Position numbers and translations under genes: made by a program. A stretch of DNA of 64,000 nucleotides from Antedon mediterranea (lineage: Eukaryota > Animalia > Echinodermata). Each line of letters opens with the position of its first letter. Positions within the stretch are counted from its first letter, which is position 1. The notes under the pieces were generated by a model. The model had not been told where the DNA came from. It saw nothing but the letters and a program-made list of their open reading frames with translations, and made no database searches. Of this stretch, positions 11,491 through 24,396 are shown piece by piece. The stretch is taken from NCBI RefSeq assembly GCF_964355755.1, contig NC_092672.1, forward strand, positions 29,518,437 to 29,582,436. Direction: 5' to 3'.

Positions 11491-14400
11491 GGGCGCTGCT
11501 CTGTATAAACACTCTCTCAGCACTCATGCTGAGGCAGTATAGGCTTCATTAATTTATTCAATAAAAAACCTTACATTGAGCCTCTATTGTACTTAAACAA
11601 ATCTGATGAAAGTTAATTTATAATTTAAATCTACGATACTTAGTATTGTATATTCAGGAATAGCCGCTCCATAGTCTCTTTGCTTTTCTTCCTTATATCT
11701 TATTCTTATTAACTCAAAATTATTTTTACTAACAAACATTACTATTTGTATGCCTAGGTAGTGTGTAAACATTATTGACATAATTTCATAAACATCTTCA
11801 TGTCGTACAACTGCTCATAACATTTTTTCTCAACTTTCTATCATCTAAAAGTCGTAGTTAGTCATGCCTCGGGTCACATTCTATGGTCACCGTACAGGTA
11901 GGCTACTACAGTAGTACTTCTATGAATGGATGACTAGCCGGTGACAATAACGCTAGTTGGTCATACCCAGTACCGTTTTGATTTTACGATCATTCGGGAA
12001 ACCACCTCACGACGATTATTGAATAGCCAGTGATGTTTATATAATACTTGATCGTGTTTATTTTAAAATTCATAATCCTTCAATACTAATCATGTGATTT
12101 CATCCACAACTAGGATGCATTTACTAACCCAGTTAAAATACGATTGGGTCAAAGAATAAAGAAGTGAGTGTGTTCAAAATCATGTTCACTACAATTCAGG
12201 TGTTGCTTAACATTTATGGACAACTATTTTAATGTACAAACAATTTTAATGGCTGCAGGTTTATTGTGTTATCAATTATAATTTAACACAACACAATCGT
12301 TTTGATAAAGATAAACGATAAAGAGCACAATTAGTTGTAATGCAAAATTAAATCTGGCTGCGGTTTGATAATTGTCACGTTACAATTAGAATTGAATTAC
12401 TGTTTGTTATGTAGTATCGTTTGGTTATCAATTATTATAGTTATACTTCAATTACAATTAATTATTTCCAACTACTGTACAAGTGAAAATAGTTTCATAC
12501 TAAAACGATCTCTCTAACTCTAGTAAAAAGTTGTCGACACAATGTATCTGCAAAAGGAATAACAGTAAAGAATGTCTCAACGTTACAGTTGTGGCTCTAC
12601 AATGTCTTCAAGGGTTATATAACCGAAACTTCAAGACACTCTCAACCATACTTTATATCCGTTTGAGAACACATAGTGTATCGCAAACCTAACTTTAACA
12701 GTTTTTATTGCCATGCAAACAAATAATGTTTCTTACTGAAATTTCGCCTTGTAGAGAACAGGCAGATGAGATTGGATTCATTATTTTTTCATTCATTTTG
12801 TCATAAATTATAACAAATTCAAGTATACAATATGAGTGTGCTCAAGAATAAATATGTATTATAAGTTAAATACAACAGAGTACAAACATAATATAATGAA
12901 ACAATATAACATTTTAAGAAAAAAAAAAGTGTATTCTAAACGGCGTTCTACACATGCATTATTTCTATTAACTCCAATGATAATGCTTTGTATTCCATAT
13001 TATGCAAATGCAGTGTATCACATATGCAAATTAATTGTATCACATGCGCAGGTGGCTTATCACATATATTTGTAATAATTATCCCACCTGTAATTTAATT
13101 GTTAAAAAACAACATAGAAAAATAAACATCAAAATATTCATTTTAATATCAACTTAAACATCAGGAATTTCCTTGCTTTTTATCTTTAAAAAACCTTGGT
13201 ATTCTCAACAAAATTGTTACCAAACTAACATTTTGAATGCATTAGATTTTGGTTTCCACCTTTCTCTAGGTTTTATTTTGCTGAATGGGTGGGTATGGAC
13301 CATAATCTGAAAGTAGTTCGACGATGTAGTTCACGCGATTAAGGGTTAAATCGTTTTTAATCATACATTTTCATTTATAAATATCAAATGCCACGTACAT
13401 CTGTGTACAATATAATCTTTCAAAAATATTAACAATTTCACGCTGAAGGTCTAGTAATTGTTGAAAAATGTTTTTCATTTTAATGTTGATTGCGAAATCA
13501 TGTACTTAAAATTGATCTAAAATTTGATTAAAAGTTAGCTAGAATCAAAATTATAATATTAAATTATTGAGCTGATGACAAAAAATTGTTGGGTTTTTAA
13601 TGATAGCGTTAGAATCAATTGTTTTTATACATAGGCTTAATAGAATTGTATGCTTAAAGGGAAAACTTTTCTTATATGACACCAAAAATTGGATAGTTAA
13701 AGTATTCATTATTAAGGTAGATTTTATTAAAATATTAAATTGAAATTAGTTAATTATTGTAATAAATTATAATTTACTATTTAAAATTGTTATTATAATA
13801 GTATTGATATTTTGATTGTGTTTTCGATTATTTTAATTAAAAGTAATTAATCGAGCCATGTTTATATGATTCATTGGAACATATCCATTCAGGGGACAAA
13901 ATGGGATTAAAAAAAAATTACTATCAGTTCACATTTAGGAGGAAACAATCTATTCAGGGGACACTTTCCACTGCCTGTGAATAGTGAATGTGAATACATT
14001 TTAAAACACTTCAACTAACAACTATATTTTAATTGGACACTTCTGGCCCCAATGCTTTGTTTTCCTCACTAAACACAAAAAAGCATGAATTTCCATTTGT
14101 TATTTTTATCAAAAAATTAAGCAAAACATCATTACTGTGTTATTTATTATTATTGAAGTTTTTTTTAAAACATTTTTAGAATTAGGTGTGTTTCATTTTA
14201 AGTGTAGCTTTATGTAAATATTGGTTTTCATCATTTTTTATAATATTTTTTTTTTGTCGATAAACTTTACATTAAAACAAAAAAACATATTAATCATGCT
14301 AGCCCACCATTGTTGAATAAATTATGCATAAATTATGTTTTTTTTTTATGTTTATATACAATAAAATATACATATCATTATATGGACTCTGGTAAAAGTC

Positions 14401-16565
14401 CACAACCATGTTTAATAATTTGCATAAATATTCAACCCTGTATTGGCTGATACATGTTGGTCCTCAGTTCCTCAGAACAATTTCCAGGAGGTGGGCTTTT
14501 ACTAGAGTAACTACAGTATTTGATATTAATGTATTTTAATACATATATTGATAGTGGTATATGATTGTGTTTTATATATTTAATATTTCTTATTTTAACA
14601 TACATTTTTAAGAAAGTAAAAATACAATGGTATGACATACATTCGGCCATTTTATTTAGAATGATGCATTGTGGGAGATTTATAGATGAAATGAAATTGA
14701 TATATTTAAAATCGTAAAGGAATGGATTCTAAACTTTACATTATTCGTGCTTCTCTCCTTGTCCGATTACGACCACAATGCATTGTTCAAAATGGCGGTA
14801 ATAAGCACCATTATAATACCATCTAGTTTTGCTTTTAGTAATGTGTTTGAATTCATTCTTTCTCAATGTAATTATTAGGAGTGAGTACTTTCTATTGTTA
14901 ACATTTACCCTTTAGCATACGCATACATTATGTACTTGTACTTGTACTTGTACTGTACTGTAACAGTTGTCAGGCTACATGATAGTACCACCTCCTTAAT
15001 TACCACTCTCAACCATTCTACATTTTTTAAAGGTATAGACAAAAATTCTCAAATTTTATATTGTGTGTACATTTGTATTTTACTGTGTGGCAATCATTGA
15101 GTGGCACTGCGCTTTAGTGCGTAAGTGTTTATCTACAATTGTTAGGAGTGAAATTGAAAATTTAGTGTATAAATGAATAGTAACATTTATGTGTACTTGG
15201 ATCGTATTGTTTGTTAAAAGAAACTGCTTAACGAGTGACGTCATCATTTTAAAAGATGGAACTCCGTGGCTTAGATTTGTGAGCGATATAGTTAAGTTAT
15301 AAGCAGAGTTATCTGTATAGAAAGTATAATATATGGTATGCTTGTAGCGTTTTGGTGCTTGTTACCTAGCAACAAACAACAAATACTGTAAGCCTCTATA
15401 ACTTCTTTATTTACGGGAGATTAATAGTGATTTCTTTCTTTAGATGGAGAGGCGTTATTTTTTCTGTTTAATTATGTTCTGATGTCTAATATAGTTGTTA
15501 TTTCCATCCAAGTGTTTTTCTAACGCATTTCATGTTTTATCATTCGTGAAGAGCAGCTTGCAGTAAAATTGGGTTAATATCGGTGCGTACCTGGCAACCG
15601 TGATTTGACAAAAAAGCTCGAGTTTAAATCTGTGGGTGTTTTGTATTTAAAATATGATAAATGGATGATTGAATTAAACCAATCGTTCTAATTTCCAAAT
15701 GATTCCAAAATTGTAAATAAAGAACCGTCAGAATCTTATGTATTGAATTATTTGTGTTTATTTTTTAGATATTATTTATTGTTAAATGTATTTAAAGTTC
15801 TTACTGACTAACTTTAGGTGGACTAATACGTGTCCAGTGAGGTTGATTTAAAACCATGCATAGAGGATCGAGACATGGATGATGTCTGTATCCAGGGCGA
15901 TATGAACCCAAGACCTAGAGATCTGGGGCACGTTTCCTTATCCACGATGTAGGCCTACCGTAACTAGTTTACTGTGTAATTCCAAATTGTCCTGACTATA
16001 ATTACACGGTATCTTGGTAAGGGGTAGAACTACTAAATTCCTTCTGGTCGAGACCCCATAGGATGTAAATCCCCTTTCGGGGATTATCTCCAAAAGGGGA
16101 TTTACAAATCTGTCCCAATGATTTTTATTTTGTTTTTTGTCCAGTTCCCTTTGTCTGTGCTGGTTATTGATGGTATGGTATCCGAAATTATATTAATCAA
16201 ATCAAATTGGTACCAATTTATACTGATTGCCAAAAAGCAGTAAAGTGAAACATCTAGACGTTGATATTGCCCAAAACAAAACCTGTTAGATAGGCCTATG
16301 TTTCTTCTACTTTTTGTTGATTTTTAATTTCATGGCTAAGAATATGTTTTAGTAGCTGAATTCATAGGTACTAGTGATATCCATAGCCTACATTGTGGCT
16401 ACTGGTTGTTTTGGAAGAAACTGAAATGATAGTAGTTTCTTCTGAAAGACTTTCAGCCAATATAATTCAGTATGTACTGTTCTGTAGGTGTATTGTTTTA
16501 CCATAGTTTTGTATAGTGGAAGGATGTTGACGTAATACACTGGAGATCGTCTGCGTGGCCCGTTA

Positions 16566-16734
16566 AGCGTGGTTCCCACTAGCCACGCAACGCAAGGACG
16601 TAACGCAACGCAAGTGAATTGACCAATCACAAGCGATGGCTTATTCGCTTGTGATTGATAACTTTGCTTGTCATTGGTTAAAACGCTTGCGTTGCGTTTA
16701 CGTCCTTGCGTTACGTTCTAGTGGGAACCAAGCA
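16566..16734. mobile_element. Harbinger/Tourist-like MITE, family 2 (TIR agcgtggttcccactag)
   Basis: TIRs agcgtggttcccactag ... ctagtgggaaccaagca, flanked by tta on both sides; internal acgcaacgcaa / ttgcgttgcgt inverted motifs. Confidence 0.8.
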
Positions 16735-17913
16735 TTACGCGTACGCGTGATACGGGACTTTACGGGAAGTGGAACGGTGTCATCTGTGTGACGCCGAAGA
16801 AGTCGTGAGTGTGGTACTCTACAGAGCTGTTTGCTATTCATGATGATGTAACAACTGTACTTATTTCCAGATGGTACCAAATATTGCACGATAACAGTAT
16901 CATTCGGTACAGTAGGTAAAAGAAAACGACCTTGTCATTCTAAACATTACATTTCTTATAATTATATGAGTCAATGGGCGTATTGCTGAGAAAATCGATT
17001 ATGTGATTAATATATAAAATCGTATTGTTGATCACCGGTTAATCCTTTAACATATCAAAAAACAAATTTCAGTTTATAAAACATCTTGTTTCGAACAGAG
17101 TATTCACACGCTCCAAAATTATTTAGGCTTACTTACTATATTTTCATATATTTTTGATTACATTTCAAATCGCACCGACAGACGACTCATATTAATAATA
17201 CGCGTATTTTAGTTACGCACCGGTGAATAAATAACCCTATTATAACTCTTAAGATGAACAACGCGTACACCGCGTCGTAACGCGCGCGGTAGTTTGGTGA
17301 GGTTAAAAGAGTCGTATGTAGTATAATTATTGAAAGCATACTTAGCAAACGTAAAAGTGTTCTTACATTACCTAGAATTGAAAAACGAATCTTTGGACTT
17401 GCGTCCAAATTTAATATTTATTATAGAATTATGGTTACACCTATTTGAGTCACCCATCAACAATGACTAAATATCGGAATATAAATAGTGGTAAAATCAA
17501 TGAAAAGGTCTTGCATTGGCACACAACGCGTAGCATACTGTAATCGACCTGATGTCTTTACACGGATGAGTAGGCCTGAACAGAACGGAAAACAAAAGGC
17601 ACCGGTCATGAAAGAGCATAGAGAATTGTACCCGAGCAACGATAACCAACATCTATTGTACTTGGCATTCGCTTGATTGAAGATCAACCAATGAAAAGCG
17701 TGTTTCTGTAGATACTAGATGCGACTATGATTTAAATGATACACTAGTGAAAGCGTTAGCTGTTTACATATTTATATTTAAAATCCTCCAGGACACATCA
17801 CTGTAGGCCTATATAGGGTCATTTATTAGAATATGGCAACCGGAATGTAGAACGTTAAATGTTGACGGGCTTTATACAATTCGTTATACGTTTTCACTGA
17901 TAAAATACGTAAT

Positions 17914-20828
17914 ATGGACAGCACGATAAATGTGAATTTGGTAAGTACCTGTACATTGTGTTTTTTTAGATTGTACTTCCGTCATAAACATGTTAGGCTT
18001 ACTCAAATTTGTACGGCGGGGGTCAATTCCCCCTCCCCACAGCGTGCGTATCGATGGGAGATTATCTGATATTACAGTCTCCTGATGTAAATGCTGAACG
18101 TGAGTTCCGTCAACACCTTTAAATAAACCACATTACCATCTGATTCGTACATATTGTACAGTACCACCATCTACCATAACCAGAACCACCAATCTGTATA
18201 ATCACTATCATGTTTATGGTATAGTTATTTCCATTTTTTCCGAAGTCACAATTCTAATTTTCATCAGCAGTTCCATGAGGCATTTTACTGTCCATGATTG
18301 TCCATTATAATTATCATATCATACCATAATCATTATCATCATCATCATCATTGTTGTCGTCATCATCATTATCATCATCATTATCGTGATCGTCATTATC
18401 AGCAGCAGCATAACATCATAGTTATCATCGGCAGCAGCATTGCATCATCATCATTATCATCATCGTATCATCATCCTCATCGTATCATCATCGTCATCAT
18501 ATCATCATTGTATCATCATCACCATAACATCATCATATCATCATCGTATCATCATCATCACCATCATTATCATCACCATCACTAACTGCTGCATCCCCAC
18601 CATTGGCAGACAATGAGAGCACTCTCACACTTCAAAAGACAAAGCCTGAGACACCTAATCATCGTAGTCACATTAGGCCTATTCACCATCGTCTATCAGA
18701 ACGCCTAATGAGAAACATTCGGGACAATGCGTTCCCTTTATAGGGGTGTCCCCTGATAGGGGTCGTGGAATATTAAAACATGTTTATTGTCGTGTATTTC
18801 AATTCACGAGGGAAGGTGGCTTCTTAATAAGGTGTCCCAAAGGAGGAGTTCTACTTCTAACCTAACCCTAGCCCTATTTATTTTTGATACTTGAACTTCA
18901 GTGACATCATTAGCGTCTAAATGTTTGTAATCAATTAACCAAACGAATTATCAATTGTTTTCTTTTAGAATAGGAGCAAATCGATGAGCCCTGGGAGGAC
19001 AAAGGATGCGTCTTCTACATCACTCGTCAACAATCTATCGCCTAGGCGTGGACGTAGGAAAAAAATATCTATGAAAGAAATTAATTTATCCCCAAGAAGA
19101 CGACCTTCCCGCCGAACGCCCGGGACAAACCATGTAATGGACGACCTGAACAGACTTCGTCTGGACGGACATTACTGTGACGTCACTCTTATTGCAGACG
19201 GTAAACGACATCTCGCGCATAAGAATATTTTAGTGGCGAGTAGTCCGTATTTTAAAGAGTTGTTTGAAGCCAAAGGTAACCAAGACAAGTCGGAATTTAG
19301 GTTGATTGGTGTCCGCAGCTCAGCATTGTCTGTTGTTCTTGGTGTTGTGTACACTTCCAGTCTGAATGCTTCCGATGTTAGCGAACTTGACGACTTGCGG
19401 GAAACGCTTCGAACTGCGTACACTTTACGTATAGAAGTAGTTAATGTCGTCTGCGGGAAGTTTATGATCGCGCGTTTGAAGTGTAAGAATTGTGTAGATT
19501 ATTTTTTGCTCACAAAAGAGTTCCACATGGACGATATCAGGAATGAGGTTGTTGAGTATATTGCCAAGAGTTTTGGTGAAGTCATTGATAGTAATCTCCA
19601 TTTAAATCTGTCTTGCCAACAGATAATTCACTTTTTAAGTAGAGATGATCTATCGGCAAAGTCTGAGATTTCGATTTTTGAAGCTGTTATGGAATGGTTA
19701 CGAAGCGATTGGCAAGACCGAAAAGACTACGCCCCTCTTATTATGACCCACATTCGTTTTCCTTTGATACATCCCAATGACATCGTAAACAAAGTCCAAG
19801 TTGAGGAAGCTTTAATGGACATACCAGAGTGTCGAACATTGATTACAGAGGCAATGTCATACCATTTGTTACCACACCATCAGCATTCCTTCCAAACTCT
19901 AACACGTGCAACAACGGACGTATTTGTTGTCTTAGGTGGTGAGGATATGCAAGGGTTAACCAGTGAACAAACATACGTATGTGATATTGAGACAAACGTC
20001 TGGAAACCGTTCACAGACATGCCAATTCGAAGACTCGATTTAGCTGTGGCCACCATGGATAATTTCTTGTACGTAGCTGGTGGCCAGTTCTCTGGTGATT
20101 CCTTAGGCATTGACAGCATTGGCACGGTTCACCAGTATAATCCACGGTTTGATACATGGCGTCAACTCTGTCCTATGAAAAAGAGACGCTCGCTTTTCTC
20201 TTTAGATGGAATGAATACGTATCTGTATGCAGTTGGTGGGAAGAATACTCAAGGAGGATTGGCAAGCGTTGAAAGGTATGACAGTGGCACGGACTCTTGG
20301 GAGTACGTCGCACCTCTGACGCTTCACACATTTGGGCATAGCAGCGCAGTTGTAGGCGGTAAACTTTTCATCACCGGCGGAGTCGTTGACGGTGGACATT
20401 TCAGCAATGCATTACAAGTTTACGATCCAAACCATGATAAATGGACGTTTAAAGCGCCAATGTCTTCGACAAGAGCCTTCCATGTCATGTGTTCCGTGGG
20501 TAAGAAAATATACGTCATAGGCGGCAACACGCGGGATAGTAAAAATCGACGAGTTGATTGTCGCGCTGTTGAATGTTACGATACAAAAAATGAACAGTGG
20601 TCGACGTTAGCGCGTATGCCGATTGGGGTTAGTTTAGCAGGTGTGTGCGTTTATAGCAAATGCGTGTACGTTATTGGCGGATATACTGGCAAGTTTTCTG
20701 ACAGACATTCTGAGGTTCAAAAGTATGATATTGAAACCGACAAATGGAAAATTGTTTGTAATTTACCAGAGTGCGTAATCAGACACAGGTGTTGTATACT
20801 ATCTGTACCACAATCACGCTTACTTTGA
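17914..20828 (+). CDS. Kelch-like protein (BTB-BACK-6xKelch, Cul3 adaptor type; resembles the KLHL9/13/14/26/31 group)
   Basis: 614-aa ORF at 18984-20828 with BTB (YCDVTL...AHKNILVASSPYF), BACK (LSRDDL...SEISIFEAVMEW...IRFPLI) and Kelch repeats (LYVAGG, LYAVGG, LFITGG, IYVIGG, VYVIGG). Probable short first coding exon 17914-17940 (MDSTINVNL, donor gtaagt) splices in frame to the acceptor tcttttag at 18968. Confidence 0.92.
18305..18583. repeat. Degenerate (CAT)n microsatellite in the kelch gene intron
   Basis: Run of cat/cac/tat triplets. Confidence 0.9.
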
Positions 20829-21871
20829 TCTGATTAAATTCTCGAACATTTTACTATTACTGTACGGACCATTATTATCAAGATTATTCAACTGTACAAT
20901 TTGCTTGCTTTTTAACCGGATGGCATTATTTAACAAGTCCTTTTTTGGGTGGTAATCGTACATGCTGTTTATTACATAACCTAATGCATTGAAACAAACT
21001 AAAATAACATGTTATTGCATGCCGTAAAAAATATAGTTACTGCAGTAACCCCAGTGGAATAATTCTGACATTGTCCCTAGTTATTGAAAGTTGAAAAGAA
21101 GAAACAAATTTTGCTCTGGCATTTTATACGTGTGTCATCTTTATTGTGTTGTCAAAAACATTGTGGATTTTCAATTTTGATGTCTGTTTTTTTAAAGTTA
21201 CAACTCCTATTAATACTACAAGCTCATTAAAACCAAAAATCTAAGTTTTGTAACTTATTTTGTTAATGCTTTTAAAGATATTGTCTCCAAAAACATGAAA
21301 AATGCAGATTAAAGGGCCATTTAACACAACACAAATAATAAGTTCACTTTATAAAAAGACAGAATAGACTTAACCAAAAACCATTACCATTTTACTTTTT
21401 CTTGCTTTAAATTACAGTTTTTCTGGTAAATAATTTCATTTTTTTCGATCCAAACTATTATGTGAAACTAAAATGGAATATTAAAAAAAAAACAATTTTT
21501 GAGGACAATATCTTTCATATTTTCTATTCGTAACCATCACAGTGACTTTTCATAGTTGACTTGAGTGAGCCCGGCCCTCTATATTTTGTTGTAAGTTTCA
21601 TATTTTAGAGGGCGCACTCTTATTTTTACATTTTGCGTATTCGACTTCTTCGATTTGTTGACTATATTTAACTTGATATTTTTTTTAGTCTAGTGGTACA
21701 GTATGTAAAAAAAAAATAGAACTCAACGAAAGTGCGTTGAGATTAGTTTGAAGTAAACAATTGTATAAAGACGGCGAGAAAGAACGACCAGTGTTTTGCT
21801 TTTATCTTTTTTTTACTCGTTGGCCTCCTGTGAATAAATTTCTTTTTTAATTTGTACTTTCCGTTTTTTTT

Positions 21872-23186
21872 TTATTCCGCATTCAGCGGATAACTCCTTG
21901 TAACTGTCCTGTTTCATCATCTTTTTTTTTTCTGTATTCTTCTTTCTTTCTGTCATTTTTGTGCAGAGCGTATCTCTAAAACTTGTAAACAATTAACATT
22001 TCATAACTTTGTCAACATGTGTGCATTCACGTGAAGTTGTGCACCTGCTTTTGTGAATAACGTCAGAGTTATTTTTTTACGCGCGCGGTGCGCACGTAGC
22101 GTTGAAAACAATTTTTTTTCGCGTGATTTATGTTTTTCCAGCCTTTTCTAGTAATTTTACCAACTTTTGAACAATTTGGACTTAAAATTACGCGTTACGG
22201 GCACGTCGAATTGGATAATTTACGTTCTTTTTTGATGAAAAAGTAAAAAAATTCGTCAAAATTTTACCTTTTTTTAAACAGTCGTAGTATCTAAACTAAA
22301 CTGTAAAAGTTATTTTTATTATGTATTCTGAAAGATGATGAGTTGTAGATATCGAATCATGCATCAATATGGCTAACCGGACATTCTGACGTCATCGTAT
22401 GGTCATGCGAATATAAAATATAGGATTTTTGTATCTTTCGTCATAGCGCATCACATTTAATAGAGCGCATCTCCACTTATTCGTTTTCCATTTTAACCCA
22501 GATTTTTATATTATCTAGGCCAATCAAATATCTTTCGCATGAGTTAAAAATATATTAAATTTTATGATGTCATCATGTCTAAAAATGAAAATAACTTGGG
22601 TCACTTATTTTCATCTTTACAGTAAATTTCAATCTGTTATAGCTCATCAGAAAAAAACGTGATAATCATGATTAAAACGTTTTCTGGAAGCTATTGGATT
22701 GTAGATACGAATTCATGTAAACATTTTGCCAATCAGATGTTGTGACATCATGATATGGCCAGTTGGATATAAAAAGTCGTATTTTCATATTTTGCGTCAT
22801 AGTTCATCACATTTAAAAGAGCGCGCATCTTCGTATTCAAATTTCTTCTACACGGTAATATGTTGTTGCTGAGATAATTTCCTTCCGAAATTGCTATCTT
22901 AGTTTTTCATTTTGATACCGTCGCCATGTTAAAAATTGGAATAAATGGCGGGTCCCGTAATTTCACCTATTCTCTACACTGTATGTAATAATATGTATAC
23001 AGATTTTACAGTTTATACTATATGACACAAAATTGACAGAATTCAGCACTAACAGCATATGATATTCTTCAGTTCAGGTCATAATGCCATAATCTTTTTC
23101 CGTGTGCAAAATTCCAACGTATGACGTGCGCGTGGCGTTTGTCGTGCGGATAACTAACTCGTCAAAGTGACGAGTTCAAATCTAGT
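21872..23186 (+). mobile_element. Non-autonomous Helentron/Helitron-like element
   Basis: 5' end in a T-run: ttattccgca followed by the partial inverted copy gcggataa, then a pyrimidine tract. 3' end: sub-terminal inverted copy tgcggataa, perfect hairpin aactcgtca-aag-tgacgagtt (23156-23176), then ctagt. Contains a diverged internal duplication of about 357 bp (near 22340 and 22700). Confidence 0.7.
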
Positions 23187-23453
23187 ATTTTATTTGTAAC
23201 TGTTATACCGAGCTTTACGAACCTTTAAAATTAGACGGAAAATATTCTACAATTTTTATATATCGCTGTGTGACGTTGATTAGATTTGTGATAATGGTGT
23301 CTTGCAGTGTGTAGAATACACAAATATTGCGGCGGCGAATATTTATTTTTACGTAGCAGCTGCACCACCAGGTGGCGGTTTTTTTTTTAAAGCAAGTACT
23401 TATGCCAACATTTTATTGACAAATATTAAGCCGAATTGCTGTCAATAACCTAG

Positions 23454-23857
23454 TGTCATATTATTGATGTTGTGATTCTCTGTGTTTAGAGAAGGATGCT
23501 TTAGACCAGGTCCGCCTTATTATTAGCCAATCAAAATTGTATAATTTTTGGAGGGAAAATGTTATCCTCCTCTGAAGCCTAAAATTTGCATATCCAGTAT
23601 AAAAGTGGAATGTAATAGATATTAAGGGAGAAGAGAGAATAGGATCAGAGTAGATAAACGGAAAGTTGATAAAGAGAATATTAAGGCTTGACTGGTAGTG
23701 ATAGAAAGATGTATTAATCGAATTACAAGGAATAAAAGTTCTAGTTGAGTTAAATATACTTTTTGTATGAGTTATCATTCAGTGACAGCTGTGTACGTCG
23801 CGTGGAGTTATATACGCCTGAGAAAGCTCGGAACCAACTAAAGATAAATTCACTACA
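23454..23857 (+). repeat. 5' LTR
   Basis: tgtcata...cactaca; differs from the 3' LTR at only 2 G/A positions by eye. Confidence 0.97.
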
Positions 23858-23871
23858 TGGTGGCAGCGGTG
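23858..23871 (+). promoter_or_regulatory. Primer-binding site, probably tRNA-Leu
   Basis: tggtggcagcggtg directly after the 5' LTR; complement of ...caccgctgccacca, the recalled 3' end of eukaryotic tRNA-Leu(AAG/UAG). Confidence 0.8.
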
Positions 23872-24396
23872 AAAATTTTTGTTTAATGATTTAAGTATCA
23901 AGAAGAAGAAGAAGTGACAGTGCCTACTCTACGGGCCTGTTAAATCAGTAACCAAAAAGTTAAATGGTTACGAAGATCTGGATTCCTGACAGTTTTTATA
24001 CCGTGCGTGCGTTGTTTGGATATTACAACGAAGAAGAAGTACTGTTGAGCTCAAGACTACTGGATATTCATCGGAGATACTGTATATATTCACCGAGGTC
24101 TGAAAGAAGAAGACTGAAGTAACAGAAGGAAGCCCAATAAATTTTGAGAAGATTTGCAAAGCTGACTTTGTAAACTATTTTTATTTCGAAAGTAAATTTT
24201 TGTACGGAGCGAACTTGGAACGTTGTTTGTGACTTTGAAGTAAATTAATGTCTTATATTGTATTGCATTTAAAAATTTATGTGGATTTCATATTTTTTAC
24301 ATATCTGAATGGAATCAAGGTAATACAAATACTTTTATAACATATTTTGTATAGGAACATAAGTTTACAGATTTCGTTAGTAAAATTGTTATTAGC

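Noticed and set aside
11560-11565. AATAAA 70 nt after the dvl stop as the poly(A) signal
   Set aside because: AATAAA is frequent in this AT-rich DNA and several later candidates exist; the 3' UTR end cannot be fixed without transcripts.
18298-18585. 95-aa poly-His ORF
   Set aside because: Translation of a (CAT)n microsatellite inside the kelch intron; non-ATG start.
18984-20828. Calling the kelch gene KLHL12, the known Dvl ubiquitin adaptor
   Set aside because: Kelch-repeat details (GGQFSGDSLGIDSIGTVHQYNPRFDTW) recall other KLHL subfamilies; orthology cannot be assigned by eye.
23461-23778. 105-aa minus-strand ORF, repeated at 33311-33628
   Set aside because: Lies wholly within the LTRs; it is duplicated only because the LTR is, and shows no protein motif.
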